Positions 27,530 through 36,177 of a stretch of DNA of 64,000 nucleotides are shown here, in pieces. How positions within the stretch are numbered: position 1 is the stretch's first letter; each line of letters begins with the position of its first letter. The position numbers and the translations under genes were made by a program. The notes under the pieces are model-generated. The model saw only the letters and a list, made by a program, of their open reading frames with translations. It was not told the origin of the DNA and ran no database searches. The DNA is from a virus (taxonomy: Duplodnaviria > Heunggongvirae > Uroviricota > Caudoviricetes): the IMG/VR virus record IMGVR_UViG_3300021255_003438, positions 13,508 through 77,507 of that record, one strand, 5' to 3'.

Positions 27530-27781
27530 TCAATTAAATATGCTCATAGGGTCTTCATTAACCTTAACAAGCTCAACAGACAATTGGAATCGTGGATTTT
27601 CATCCTTTTCCTTATACTCTTCTGGATGCTCTTCCATCTGTTTCACTTGCTCTTCAAGCCTTTTAATAGCCTCCTTGAGCATTTCAACTTTGTCAGTTCC
27701 AGGATAGTTTAAACCAAACCTAAACTCCTTCCCTTCCATAAGCAACATTTTTGCTTGCAACATTTTTGTAAACTTATCCAT
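27530..27781 (-). CDS. Hypothetical coiled-coil protein. Start uncertain because the 5' end overlaps a tRNA-like element.
   Basis: The ORF track gives 27530..27838. The start is moved to the internal Met (MDKFTKML). Confidence 0.3.
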   Translation of the reverse strand: MDKFTKMLQAKMLLMEGKEFRFGLNYPGTDKVEMLKEAIKRLEEQVKQMEEHPEEYKEKDENPRFQLSVELVKVNEDPMSIFN

Positions 27782-27797
27782 AACCTTAAATAATTTG

Positions 27798-27859
27798 TCG
27801 GTGGTGTTGGACTCGAACCAACCATGCTCTAGAATCATCGCGCCAAAAATTTACCACCG
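27798..27859 (-). ncRNA. Truncated tRNA-like element (no D-arm) with a TTCTAGA loop (anticodon-like CTA)
   Basis: Perfect acceptor CGGTGGT/ACCACCG and T-arm GTTGG-TTCGAGT-CCAAC. Only 62 nt. Weak ATG(A)/(G)CAT stem around a TTCTAGA loop. Confidence 0.3.
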
Positions 27860-27861
27860 TT

Positions 27862-27905
27862 TTGTTAAAAAATGGCTGTTAAGTTAGCTACTCCTAACAG
27901 CCATA
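27862..27905 (-). terminator. Rho-independent terminator-like hairpin (ATGGCTGTTA...TAACAGCCAT + T-tract on the minus strand)
   Basis: 10-bp perfect inverted repeat at 27873-27905, followed on the minus strand by TTTTTTAACAAAA. Confidence 0.4.
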
Positions 27906-28363
27906 AAGCCCATCATATCCCAATCTCCCTCACGTGTTGGGTAGGTGATATGATATAGTCACGAAAGTTTCCATTTTTATAATACAAATATTAATTAATC
28001 AATAAATATAATCTATTTTTTTCCGAGTCATTTTATCTAAAATAGATTCATAATTAACTTCCGTAACTTTTTAAGACTTTTTGTTGTATTCTAATCCGTA
28101 TTTAAAGAACTTCTCACATAGTATCATCACTTGGTTCTGTGACATAAATGATGGCTCACCTAGTAATTCTATTCTCATTTTCTTACGGAAAAATTCTAGT
28201 GCTTCCTTATCCATCATTGTATTCTTTTTAAATAAGTTATTTTCAATAAGTCGTTCTCTCTAGGAACTCGTCATCATCTTCTTCTTTTACAATTATTCCC
28301 ATGTCGAAAATGCAACGTTTTCTTTTGCCACTTGCTTCACACTTCCCATATAACCGACATTTT

Positions 28364-28675
28364 TCATTGCAAGGTATCATGGTCTAATTCTTTTAAAACG
28401 TTATTGGTTAAATCTTTACTTTCTTTTCTGAGGGTTTTAATCTTTTTGTGCGCATTATATTGGTCATATCTGTACGTCCACTTTGTAGCAGTTTTTTTGT
28501 ACTGTTTGACCTTTGAGGATGGGTCAGAGTCAAGTTCTTTCCAATTTTTCGCATTCCTATACCCTCTAGGGGCATTTTTATCTTTAACTATCCAATAGTA
28601 CAAGTTTTTGCTAATGCGAGACACATATTTTGTGTGTGACTTCCACATTCTGAACGCTTTGCCTCTTTTTGTCAT
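28364..28675 (-). CDS. Hypothetical basic protein
   Basis: 103 aa, Lys/Arg-rich. Confidence 0.4.
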   Translation of the reverse strand: MTKRGKAFRMWKSHTKYVSRISKNLYYWIVKDKNAPRGYRNAKNWKELDSDPSSKVKQYKKTATKWTYRYDQYNAHKKIKTLRKESKDLTNNVLKELDHDTLQ

Positions 28676-28771
28676 AGATAAATAGTTTGTAAAGATTATT
28701 TATTCGCTAAATTAATAACGAAATGTTACCAAATGATATGTTTAAAAAGTGTACGAAAAAAACGAACCTTG

Positions 28772-28844
28772 TGATTGGGATGGGACTCAAACCCATATGA
28801 ACAGACTTAGGAGGTCTGTGCCTAATTCTTTCAGCCACCCAACC
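28772..28844 (-). tRNA. tRNA-Arg (anticodon CCT)
   Basis: Acceptor GGTTGGG/CCCAATC (one G-U pair). Anticodon stem CAGAC/GTCTG with loop CTCCTAA. T-arm ATGGG-TTTGAGT-CCCAT. Confidence 0.55.
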
Positions 28845-28898
28845 AAGTAATAAAAAGGCTTACCAACCATTCTCCTAATTGATAAGCCTTAAAAGTGT

Positions 28899-29453
28899 TT
28901 AGTGTCTGCCAAGTCTGAATCTACGATTCATAACTACGCTTGGGTCAGTATCCGCTACCACTGGCGGAGTCTTCCAAGGCTCGTCACTCTCCGTCTTACG
29001 GACGAATCGTCCTCTAGCGTCACGTTTTGCAAGCTCTAGAGCACACGGTGCTTCACGAGGAGCTTCAAAGCGAGGGCAATCTCTACGAACCTCTGGTCTA
29101 CCACACTGAGACTGTCTTGGCTGCACGCAACCGTTAAGCAGTTCAGTAACCACGCAAAGCAATACGGCTGAAGCCACTGGAAGCTCTGGGGTGCTGTCAA
29201 TCAAGTAGACCTCACCACCCTTTACATCGAAAGCAAGGATAGCGTGTACGCCATTCTGTGCATCACGGCTGATTGCGCGTGCCTCTTCGCTACTGAGCTT
29301 ATACTCGCGGTTAGCGTTAGGCGTGGTAGCGCACTCTACATGATTCTCAGAGAGGTGGTAGATTACAAGACGCAGATTTGACTTGTCGCTACACTGTGAC
29401 AGAATTTCAGCCATAGGGCTGTTGTCAGAATGAAGTCTAATGTAATTCCACAT
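28899..29453 (-). CDS. Hypothetical protein, GC-rich compositional outlier
   Basis: 184 aa. Markedly higher GC and Arg/Pro/Ala content than the surrounding AT-rich genes. Confidence 0.4.
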   Translation of the reverse strand: MWNYIRLHSDNSPMAEILSQCSDKSNLRLVIYHLSENHVECATTPNANREYKLSSEEARAISRDAQNGVHAILAFDVKGGEVYLIDSTPELPVASAVLLCVVTELLNGCVQPRQSQCGRPEVRRDCPRFEAPREAPCALELAKRDARGRFVRKTESDEPWKTPPVVADTDPSVVMNRRFRLGRH

Positions 29454-29477
29454 AAATTTCTCTTGTTAGCTAATTAA

Positions 29478-29530
29478 TACTCGTTTGTTTTAAAAAAAAT
29501 AGGTGGGTAGCTTGGTGGCCACCCACCTTT
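29478..29530 (-). terminator. Rho-independent terminator (AGGTGGGT...ACCCACCT hairpin + T-tract on the minus strand)
   Basis: 8-bp stem. The minus strand continues with ATTTTTTTTAAAA. Lies downstream of 29549..29893. Confidence 0.5.
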
Positions 29531-29548
29531 AAAAGAGAGATACAACGA

Positions 29549-29893
29549 TTAATCTGCGTCAGCAGTCTCCTCATCGTCATCGAAGAACTCGTCAAAGGTT
29601 GCCTGAGCAATCTTGAGTTCAACGTTCAGCTCGTAGAGACGAGTCTTAGCGTCCTGCAAGTCAGCAGCCCACTTGGTTGGATTCCAACCCTTCACACCAG
29701 GACGGAGTGAATCAGTGGTGTCTGGAGCGAAATCGGTCAGACCCTGAATCTGCATTTCCACGTTGGTCTTCTCAATCTTAAGCTTGTGGATGATTTCCTC
29801 TTGGGCAATCTTTGCCTGAGTGTTAATCTGTGAAGCACGTGCTACAAGAGCCTTAGAGTCATTCTGACTCATCATCTGTAAAAACTTTCCCAT
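29549..29893 (-). CDS. Hypothetical coiled-coil protein
   Basis: 114 aa. Tandem promoters upstream at 29975-30006 and 30082-30113. Confidence 0.45.
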   Translation of the reverse strand: MGKFLQMMSQNDSKALVARASQINTQAKIAQEEIIHKLKIEKTNVEMQIQGLTDFAPDTTDSLRPGVKGWNPTKWAADLQDAKTRLYELNVELKIAQATFDEFFDDDEETADAD

Positions 29894-29974
29894 TGTTGTT
29901 TAAGTTTTAAAAGGTTTATAAAATGTGAACTATAAATAATTGTTTTACAACTTGTTGTTGTCTTTTTTACAGTG

Positions 29975-30006
29975 CAAAGATATATTTTTTATTTGTAATT
30001 TCCAAA
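29975..30006 (-). promoter_or_regulatory. Bacteroidetes-type promoter (first of a tandem pair)
   Basis: caaagata at 29975-29982 and ccaaa at 30002-30006, spacer 19 nt. Confidence 0.5.
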
Positions 30007-30081
30007 TTTTTTTGGATTAATTTTTCAAAAAAATTACCTTTGTTTTTTTGATGTTGTTTTCATCGTTTCTTTTTAACAATG

Positions 30082-30113
30082 CAAAGATATATCTTTTTTT
30101 CGTAATTTCCAAA
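30082..30113 (-). promoter_or_regulatory. Bacteroidetes-type promoter (second of a tandem pair)
   Basis: caaagata at 30082-30089 and ccaaa at 30109-30113, spacer 19 nt. Confidence 0.5.
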
Positions 30114-30123
30114 ATTTTCAGTG

Positions 30124-31110
30124 TTAATGCTTGTTAAAAGTTTTAAAAGCCTCATCTGCAAGTTGTGATACTAGGTCTATCTGAGCAGTTGCTAACGCAC
30201 TTCTGAACATTCTAGGGTTAATGCGCCTTTTAGAGTCTTTCTTGCCCTTTCTAGAAGCTATTACCTTGTCTACAAGCTCTTTGGAGGGTTTCAACTGTTC
30301 TTTCTCTGACGAATAACCAACGTGGGTAAACCCAAGGAAAGAACCGCTTTTTTCAATCTTACAAAGCTCAACATGGTTTTCGCCATATTTAAACTCTCCA
30401 GTGCGAACTTTAATCTGCTTGATGTACCTAATGGTTGGGTCTTTAATGCTTGCGCCAATTGCAAACATGGCGTCAAAGAAATTGGTCAGCTTTTTACTGC
30501 CACTAAGACTGTTCTGCGTTAAAGGAGTGCCCAAGTTACGCTTTGGAGTATGGGAAAGCACAAGAATGCTTATATCATATTTCTTCTTCAATGTACAAAG
30601 GTTTTTCATGAGCTTTCCAGCAGTAGTTGCGGTGTCTTTCATATTCACCAACCAACTGAGGTTGTCAACAATGATTACCTTTGAGTTGTATTTGTTAATG
30701 TTGGCCTCAATGCCGCCAATAATAACCTCGTCAAAGCTTTGCTTGGAGGCATCACAATAATCCCTCACTTTGTCACTGTCAAGCTCAACACGAATAAACT
30801 TGTCGTTGAACTTGAAAGTGCTCTTATTCTTCTCGTCAGTATAACGTAGTTCAAATTGCTTCTTGCTCAACTCAAAGTCATAATACAAAACAGTTTCATC
30901 CTTACCCAACTTATCAGCAATCATATTGCTAATCTGAACGGCAAGGATGCTCTTACCAACATTGGCATCAGCAAAAAGGCAACATACCTCATTCTCAATC
31001 CAAAACTCTTTCCAAAGTTTCTTCGGATTCTTCTGCACCTTTGCAGCCTCGATTGTCTCATTGGCTGTCATTGCGCTAAAGATGTCTGTTAAATTTGGTT
31101 TGTTTGCCAT
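30124..31110 (-). CDS. RecA-like P-loop ATPase (DnaB/RepA-family C-terminal-like, AAA_25-type)
   Basis: 328 aa. Walker A 'ADANVGKS'. Walker B 'VIIVDNLSWL'. Confidence 0.45.
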   Translation of the reverse strand: MANKPNLTDIFSAMTANETIEAAKVQKNPKKLWKEFWIENEVCCLFADANVGKSILAVQISNMIADKLGKDETVLYYDFELSKKQFELRYTDEKNKSTFKFNDKFIRVELDSDKVRDYCDASKQSFDEVIIGGIEANINKYNSKVIIVDNLSWLVNMKDTATTAGKLMKNLCTLKKKYDISILVLSHTPKRNLGTPLTQNSLSGSKKLTNFFDAMFAIGASIKDPTIRYIKQIKVRTGEFKYGENHVELCKIEKSGSFLGFTHVGYSSEKEQLKPSKELVDKVIASRKGKKDSKRRINPRMFRSALATAQIDLVSQLADEAFKTFNKH

Positions 31111-31297
31111 ATATAAAAATTAAATTGATTTCTAAAAAAAAAAAATAAAAATTAGCTGCTAGGGGCAGGCTACGTTCTAACGATTATCCCCTCTTAACTG
31201 AGTACGCCCATAGGTATTATTACGTAATTATCCCCTATTGCTTTCTCTGCCCTGTGGTAGACCTTTATCAAATTACGTCCGCAACAGCTAATTATTG

Positions 31298-31368
31298 TAC
31301 CCCCTCAAGGAATCGAACCTCGTTGTTACAGCACTACGCCAAATGTCCTACCATTAGACGAAAGGGGT
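31298..31368 (-). ncRNA. tRNA-like element with a non-canonical anticodon region
   Basis: Acceptor ACCCCTT/AGGGGGT. D-arm GTC-TAATGGTAG-GAC. T-arm CGAGG-TTCGATT-CCTTG. No clean anticodon stem found. Confidence 0.35.
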
Positions 31369-31454
31369 ATAGACGAGAAATGATTTTGCTAGCGTTGCTC
31401 ATTTCTCGCAAAAGCAACAGTTGTACTCAACCAACGAGACGGTTTAAAAGACAC

Positions 31455-31540
31455 CCACATGACTCGAAATCCGACAACCCAGTCAGTTGCTTGAGAGCAA
31501 CCACTCTACAACCTTATGCGTCATACCATTACGCAATATA
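31455..31540 (-). ncRNA. tRNA-like hairpin element. Perfect GTTGC/GCAAC stem with loop TCTCAAG (anticodon-like TCA).
   Basis: Hairpin at 31485-31502 and a T-loop-like GACTCGAAATCC at 31461-31472. No acceptor pairing found. Confidence 0.25.
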
Positions 31541-31568
31541 AAAGGGAAGGTTGTATACCCTTAGTTCG

Positions 31569-32390
31569 TTATTTTATTGGATACATCATTGTTGTACCTC
31601 CACCGACAACTACGTCAACGTTAGCATCCTTCTTCTTTTCAATGACTTCCCACTTACGTAACTCAATATACTGAGGCACAGTAAGATTCAATGCTGTCAT
31701 ATATGCTTTATCAGCAATAGCCCTCTGACGTTCAGCCTTTTCACGAGCCAACTGTACCTCTGCTTCACGCTCTTGCGTCTGCTTTGCTTGCACAGCCCTA
31801 GCAGTTTTGTTCATTTCAGCCAACTGTTCCTCATTAGGTGTAGCCTTACCAATCGTCACTTGGCGAATGGTCACTGGAAATTCCTTGTCCTTTGACAGCT
31901 CTGCCACATAATCTTGCATCTGTTTCAATACCCTATCGTCAATCTCATTCAGAATCGCACGATTGGACATAAGGTCAAACGGACTATGCTGTGAAATATG
32001 GTCTCGCACTAGGTTACAGTAGTAGTTATAAATGTTGGTATTAAACCAATCCTCGCCATAATTCTGCAATAGTACTGGAGACTTTCCCTTCTGAATCTGA
32101 GTGATAATCACGGTATGGAAATCCAACGGTGTATTGTCATCAGAGAACAAATCGTTCATATCCACTTGATGCTTCACTGGAACAATCTTGAACGTAACCG
32201 CATCAGTTGTCCACACACACCAAGTAAGACCACTCTCCACTGGAGTCATGTCAATACCACCATGACCAAAGAACCAAGGCTTGTAAATCAGCACAGCCTC
32301 CTCGTCTGCGTTAGGTTTAACGCCATGACATGAACATGTCATCACTAGCGTAAGAAACGCCATCAAACTAAGAACTAAATATTTCTTCAT
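31569..32390 (-). CDS. Lipoprotein (signal peptide + Cys)
   Basis: 273 aa. N-terminus 'MKKYLVLSLMAFLTLVMTCSC'. Confidence 0.45.
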   Translation of the reverse strand: MKKYLVLSLMAFLTLVMTCSCHGVKPNADEEAVLIYKPWFFGHGGIDMTPVESGLTWCVWTTDAVTFKIVPVKHQVDMNDLFSDDNTPLDFHTVIITQIQKGKSPVLLQNYGEDWFNTNIYNYYCNLVRDHISQHSPFDLMSNRAILNEIDDRVLKQMQDYVAELSKDKEFPVTIRQVTIGKATPNEEQLAEMNKTARAVQAKQTQEREAEVQLAREKAERQRAIADKAYMTALNLTVPQYIELRKWEVIEKKKDANVDVVVGGGTTMMYPIK

Positions 32391-32415
32391 GTTCTTTTGT
32401 TTTTTAAAGTTAAAA

Positions 32416-32778
32416 TCAATAGAAACTGCTTATCTTTACCTCAAGAGAAGACACGGTATCTGCTGTAGCGGCCTCTTTCTCTACGATGTTGATTTCTGCA
32501 TAACCGCAGTCACCACCTTGAATGAAGATGCTACCATCCTTTTTACGTTCAACATTCTCGTTCTCCCACTCTTTAAGGTGGTCATCATCGCGGAAAGTGC
32601 AGTTATCAAGAATCTTCTCGTAAACTTTTTCCACTACAGCTTTTGCTGTTTCTTTACTGTCGCAAGGGATGACCTCAGTATTTACGTAAAAGTCATCACT
32701 GTTGAAAAACATTGTTTCTACTACTACCATTGTTTTTTGTTTTTTAAAGTTAATAATGTTGTTGCTAAATTTTGGCAA
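32416..32778 (-). CDS. Hypothetical protein
   Basis: 120 aa ORF. Confidence 0.4.
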   Translation of the reverse strand: MPKFSNNIINFKKQKTMVVVETMFFNSDDFYVNTEVIPCDSKETAKAVVEKVYEKILDNCTFRDDDHLKEWENENVERKKDGSIFIQGGDCGYAEINIVEKEAATADTVSSLEVKISSFY

Positions 32779-32987
32779 TTATATAGTACTTGACCCAAAT
32801 AGTTAATCTACTATTGCGTACATATATTCTTCGCCATTTGCTTCTTTATCCATTATGGATTTAATCTCCTCTTTGCTTTTTTTAGCAGTTTTGTTCCAAT
32901 AAATAAAATGTTTCATACGTTATTAATATAAATTATTTTTTTTTTTTCTAAAATGTCTAATTGTATATAGTTACCTAAATTTTTGTG

Positions 32988-33019
32988 CAAATATATGAAA
33001 AACAAATGGAATAACCAAA
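32988..33019 (-). promoter_or_regulatory. Bacteroidetes-type promoter
   Basis: caaatata at 32988-32995 and ccaaa at 33015-33019. Drives a 37-codon ORF at about 32808-32921 (-). Confidence 0.45.
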
Positions 33020-33046
33020 TATTTTAACATTTATTATGCATTTTGT

Positions 33047-33119
33047 TGCGGAGAAAGGACTCGAACCTCTAACCTCCCCATTATACGTGGGGTGAGCTTC
33101 CCAACTTGCTCTACTCCGC
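33047..33119 (-). tRNA. tRNA (anticodon TAT, Ile-like)
   Basis: Acceptor GCGGAGT/TCTCCGC. D-arm GAGC-AAGTTGGGAA-GCTC. Anticodon stem CCCCA/TGGGG with loop CGTATAA. T-arm AGAGG-TTCGAGT-CCTTT. Confidence 0.5.
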
Positions 33120-33216
33120 GAAACTAAGTATACCTAGAACACCTTTCAACATTGATGAACTTCATAACAGTAACGGCCTATTACCGTTATGCTCTATCAA
33201 CATCTAATCAATGTTG

Positions 33217-33293
33217 TGGGTCTAGAGGGGTTTGAACCCACGTGTAACCAACTACGGTTTCAACTGCTTATGAGGCAGAGCCGATATAGACCC
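33217..33293 (-). ncRNA. Non-canonical tRNA-like gene: no recognizable D-arm, CTCATAA (CAT) anticodon loop, extra hairpin in the variable region
   Basis: Acceptor GGGTCTA/TAGACCC is perfect. Hairpin TCTGC-CTCATAA-GCAGT. Extra AACC-GTAGTT-GGTT hairpin. T-arm GTGGG-TTCAAAC-CCCTC. Confidence 0.4.
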
Positions 33294-33446
33294 AAATTGC
33301 CAAAGGAACTTTCAATTTAATTCTATCATGTATGCTGCGCCTTACGCCCAGACTCTGACGCATTAATTAAATAAGATAAGTACTCCTGCCGTAACAAATC
33401 ACATACATGAATCCTATGTTAGACTCTCTTTGGCTATATGGTTTAT

Positions 33447-33713
33447 TCAATAATAATCGTCTTCGTCATAAAACTCGTCATCATAAACATCATAGTCTTC
33501 GTAATCATCGTATTCATTATAATCCTCGTAGTCTTCGTCTTCATACTCTTCGTCCTCGTAGCCCTCATCTTCGTAGCCCTCGTCATAGTCCTCTTCGTCT
33601 TCATCACCGTTTTCTATGATGTCCATTACGTCCTCTTCGGAGATTCCTAACTCATCGGCTATGTCTTCTACTGTATAGCCATCTTCAATCATGTTGTAAA
33701 TTTCTTCTTCCAT
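33447..33713 (-). CDS. Highly acidic small protein (HTH-like N-terminus + D/E/Y-rich tail)
   Basis: 88 aa. 'YTVEDIADELGISEEDVMDII' followed by a tail of about 55 residues made almost only of D/E/Y. Confidence 0.5.
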   Translation of the reverse strand: MEEEIYNMIEDGYTVEDIADELGISEEDVMDIIENGDEDEEDYDEGYEDEGYEDEEYEDEDYEDYNEYDDYEDYDVYDDEFYDEDDYY

Positions 33714-33726
33714 AGTGATTTTTTTG

Positions 33727-33758
33727 CAAATATATGATTTTTATTTTTAATAACCAAA
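33727..33758 (-). promoter_or_regulatory. Bacteroidetes-type promoter
   Basis: caaatata at 33727-33734 and ccaaa at 33754-33758, spacer 19 nt. Confidence 0.55.
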
Positions 33759-33762
33759 TATT

Positions 33763-34026
33763 TTAACATTTATTAATGCTATACATCCAATAAATTAAAA
33801 AAAATATCCAACCAACCAAAAACACGATACCATAAGATACGGCCATACAAACATACACATAAACAACATCAAGCAAATTCATAAGGCTTTTGGCGAGCAT
33901 TTCCTTAGTTGGTATGTCACTCACATCACTAGGCACTATGCTATCTTTGAATATAAGAAAACTAGTTAAACAGAATAATGCGATGAGCAATATGATTTTG
34001 AATCTATTTTTATTTTTCATAATCAA
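33763..34026 (-). CDS. Small membrane protein
   Basis: 87 aa with two TM helices. Confidence 0.4.
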   Translation of the reverse strand: MIMKNKNRFKIILLIALFCLTSFLIFKDSIVPSDVSDIPTKEMLAKSLMNLLDVVYVYVCMAVSYGIVFLVGWIFFLIYWMYSINKC

Positions 34027-34048
34027 TTATAACAGAAATAAAAACTAA

Positions 34049-34456
34049 CTAGTAATTCATACGTGAGGGTATAACACCTCTTACGCCACCTCTAGGGTTT
34101 TCAACGTCACCCTCATATCTAGGAATTATGTGTATGTGACAATGATGAATGGTTTGCCCAGCAACCTCTCCACAGTTAATACCAATATTATAACCTTGGG
34201 GATGGTATCTTTCGTCTAATATTTTTTTGGCATTCTCTATCGCATAATGCAATGACTCCTTTTGAGAATCTGATAAATCAAAATATGTTTCAACGTGTTC
34301 CTTTGGTATAATAAGTGTGTGACCTTTAGATACTGGATATTCATCTAATACGGCTTTCCATATAGTTCTGTCGAACAACACATTCTCTTCCTTTTGATTT
34401 TCACAAAAAACACACTTATCCATTGTTCTGCTGCCCATTCTCTCTAATGTGTTCAA
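34049..34456 (-). CDS. HIT-family (histidine triad) nucleotide hydrolase/transferase
   Basis: 135 aa. 'IHHCHIHIIPR' is the HxHxHxx motif. Confidence 0.75.
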   Translation of the reverse strand: MNTLERMGSRTMDKCVFCENQKEENVLFDRTIWKAVLDEYPVSKGHTLIIPKEHVETYFDLSDSQKESLHYAIENAKKILDERYHPQGYNIGINCGEVAGQTIHHCHIHIIPRYEGDVENPRGGVRGVIPSRMNY

Positions 34457-34934
34457 CTGCGCTCTTAAGTGCTACCGAAATGGCTTTTTCAATATTATTG
34501 CTTCTAGAAGAATCAGCTTCAATCTTTACATACTTGAAAGTGACTCTTCCATTTATTTTCTTGCACACACAAATCCATATTGTACCATTTTCACTGTCCT
34601 CATGGATAAATGCGTCACCAATAACACTAATACATACATCTACGTTAAACATATAAGACGCACATAATGCAGTTTTCATTGCCACTTGAGAACTGTATAA
34701 GCCATTCGCCTTTATAACATCTTCACCTATTCCCATCAACGTTTTAAGGGCATCGTCATTGAAATAGTTAAGAGTGCCCTTATATATTGTTGGAACGGCA
34801 CATACGCTTCCTATGGTTGCTCCAAGCAGTCCACAAGTACAATTTTCAACCGTTGCTATCGTTAGACCTCTGTTGAGGATTTCTAGGGCTAATTCTTTCA
34901 ATTCTTCACTCATCGAAATAAACGTTTTTGTCAA
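34416..34934 (-). CDS. pncC: CinA C-terminal domain protein (PncC-like NMN deamidase)
   Basis: 172 aa. 'TIATVENCTCGLLGATIGSV...YSSQVAMKTA...DVCISVIGDA...GTIWI' matches the CinA_C/PncC consensus (ESCTGGLLA...SNE.K...GAVS...MA.GA...ISVTGIAGP...GTV). Confidence 0.6.
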   Translation of the reverse strand: MTKTFISMSEELKELALEILNRGLTIATVENCTCGLLGATIGSVCAVPTIYKGTLNYFNDDALKTLMGIGEDVIKANGLYSSQVAMKTALCASYMFNVDVCISVIGDAFIHEDSENGTIWICVCKKINGRVTFKYVKIEADSSRSNNIEKAISVALKSAVEHIRENGQQNNG

Positions 34935-35286
34935 TATTAAACTCTCTAAACACGTCCATGATTTTTTTGTTGATGTCTTGTTTCTGCTTTTTCAATTTGG
35001 CTATGATGCACCTTAAAGCTTCTTCCTTGTTAAGGAAATATACATTATTTACAGATGATTTTTTCATATCATCAGAATGCCAAATACTGAATTGGCAGCT
35101 ATCACCCCACCAATCATGCGTTTGCCTACCTAGCTTATCCACGAAGAGGCAAAGTAATCGCCCTTGGTCTCTACCATCAATTATGCCATTGGTAGGCTTA
35201 ATTCTTTTGGTTTCAACCTTATTCCCTTTTATTACGTATATTGGATAAATCTCTCCAATAGTTAAATCTTTAAATGTAAGTGCCAT
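34906..35286 (-). CDS. Hypothetical protein. Start moved to the Met downstream of the promoter.
   Basis: The ORF track gives 34906..35361, but a promoter at 35318-35349 lies inside. The Met at 35286 (MALTFKDL) fits. Confidence 0.4.
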   Translation of the reverse strand: MALTFKDLTIGEIYPIYVIKGNKVETKRIKPTNGIIDGRDQGRLLCLFVDKLGRQTHDWWGDSCQFSIWHSDDMKKSSVNNVYFLNKEEALRCIIAKLKKQKQDINKKIMDVFREFNIDKNVYFDE

Positions 35287-35398
35287 TCCATATATTTTTT
35301 TTTTATTAAACTTTTTGCAAATATATAAAAAAAAATTGGAAGATACAAATATATCTCCCAACTTTAATTTTGTTTAACAATTTGCCTATATGGATGTG

Positions 35399-35472
35399 TG
35401 AGCGTAGTGGGATTCGAACCCACGAACAACGGTTTTAGAGACCGCCCCAATAGACCACTCTAGCATACGCCC
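35399..35472 (-). tRNA. Candidate suppressor tRNA (anticodon CTA, would read UAG)
   Basis: Acceptor GGGCGTA/TACGCTC. T-arm GTGGG-TTCGAAT-CCCAC. Anticodon stem (G)CGGT/ACCG(T) with loop CTCTAAA (U33, CUA, A37). The D-arm is irregular. Own promoter at 35481-35511. Confidence 0.45.
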
Positions 35473-35480
35473 TTATGTTG

Positions 35481-35511
35481 CAAATATATGAAAAATAATT
35501 TGCATAGCAAA
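35481..35511 (-). promoter_or_regulatory. Bacteroidetes-type promoter driving the CUA tRNA
   Basis: caaatata at 35481-35488 and caaa at 35508-35511, spacer 19 nt. Confidence 0.5.
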
Positions 35512-35576
35512 ATAATTTAAAGAATTTTAATAAAAAAGCACCATAAGCAAGAGCCTATAGTGCTTTTTATATTGTA

Positions 35577-35936
35577 TTAGTCTTCGGTAACAATATCTAA
35601 ATTCTTAAATAGCTCTTCATGACCGTGTACCGCGATTGCAGTAATTCTATCGTCCAAGTCAGGTTCTCTGAACTCAGAATAATCAACGCCTAGAAGGTCT
35701 AACTTCCTTCTCCACTTTATTATGTCAGCTCTTAAGTAAATCAGATATTCGTTATCCCATAGGTGGGTATTTTTATGCTCTAGCATCCATTGCGCTACGG
35801 CATGACCCCCTTGGACACAACCATATACTGGTTTCAACGTCTTGTCAATCAAGACATAAAGTTTATTCTTCTCCATCAGTTGATGCATATTTGTTGTAAG
35901 TGTTAATAACACGGTTTTTAAATGCTGGAACCACAT
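35577..35936 (-). CDS. Hypothetical protein
   Basis: 119 aa ORF. Confidence 0.4.
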   Translation of the reverse strand: MWFQHLKTVLLTLTTNMHQLMEKNKLYVLIDKTLKPVYGCVQGGHAVAQWMLEHKNTHLWDNEYLIYLRADIIKWRRKLDLLGVDYSEFREPDLDDRITAIAVHGHEELFKNLDIVTED

Positions 35937-36177
35937 AGCTTTCGGTCATTTCACCTCCGCTTACTCCCCAACGGCCACTGTATAACATCTTCCAACAACG
36001 ATGTCTTATTTCATCCTCAAGATACTTGTCACGCTCCTCACCTTCAATACGATGCTTAAAAATGTAATAAGCAACATAATCAGAATGGTCTTTTTCTGCG
36101 TCTGACTTAATAAACTCTTTAAACTTAAGATACTGTTCCTTAGTGGTGGCTTCGTTTGTAAAAATTTTCTTTTCCAT
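35863..36177 (-). CDS. Hypothetical protein
   Basis: 104 aa ORF. Overlaps the downstream gene. Confidence 0.35.
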   Translation of the reverse strand: MEKKIFTNEATTKEQYLKFKEFIKSDAEKDHSDYVAYYIFKHRIEGEERDKYLEDEIRHRCWKMLYSGRWGVSGGEMTESYVVPAFKNRVINTYNKYASTDGEE

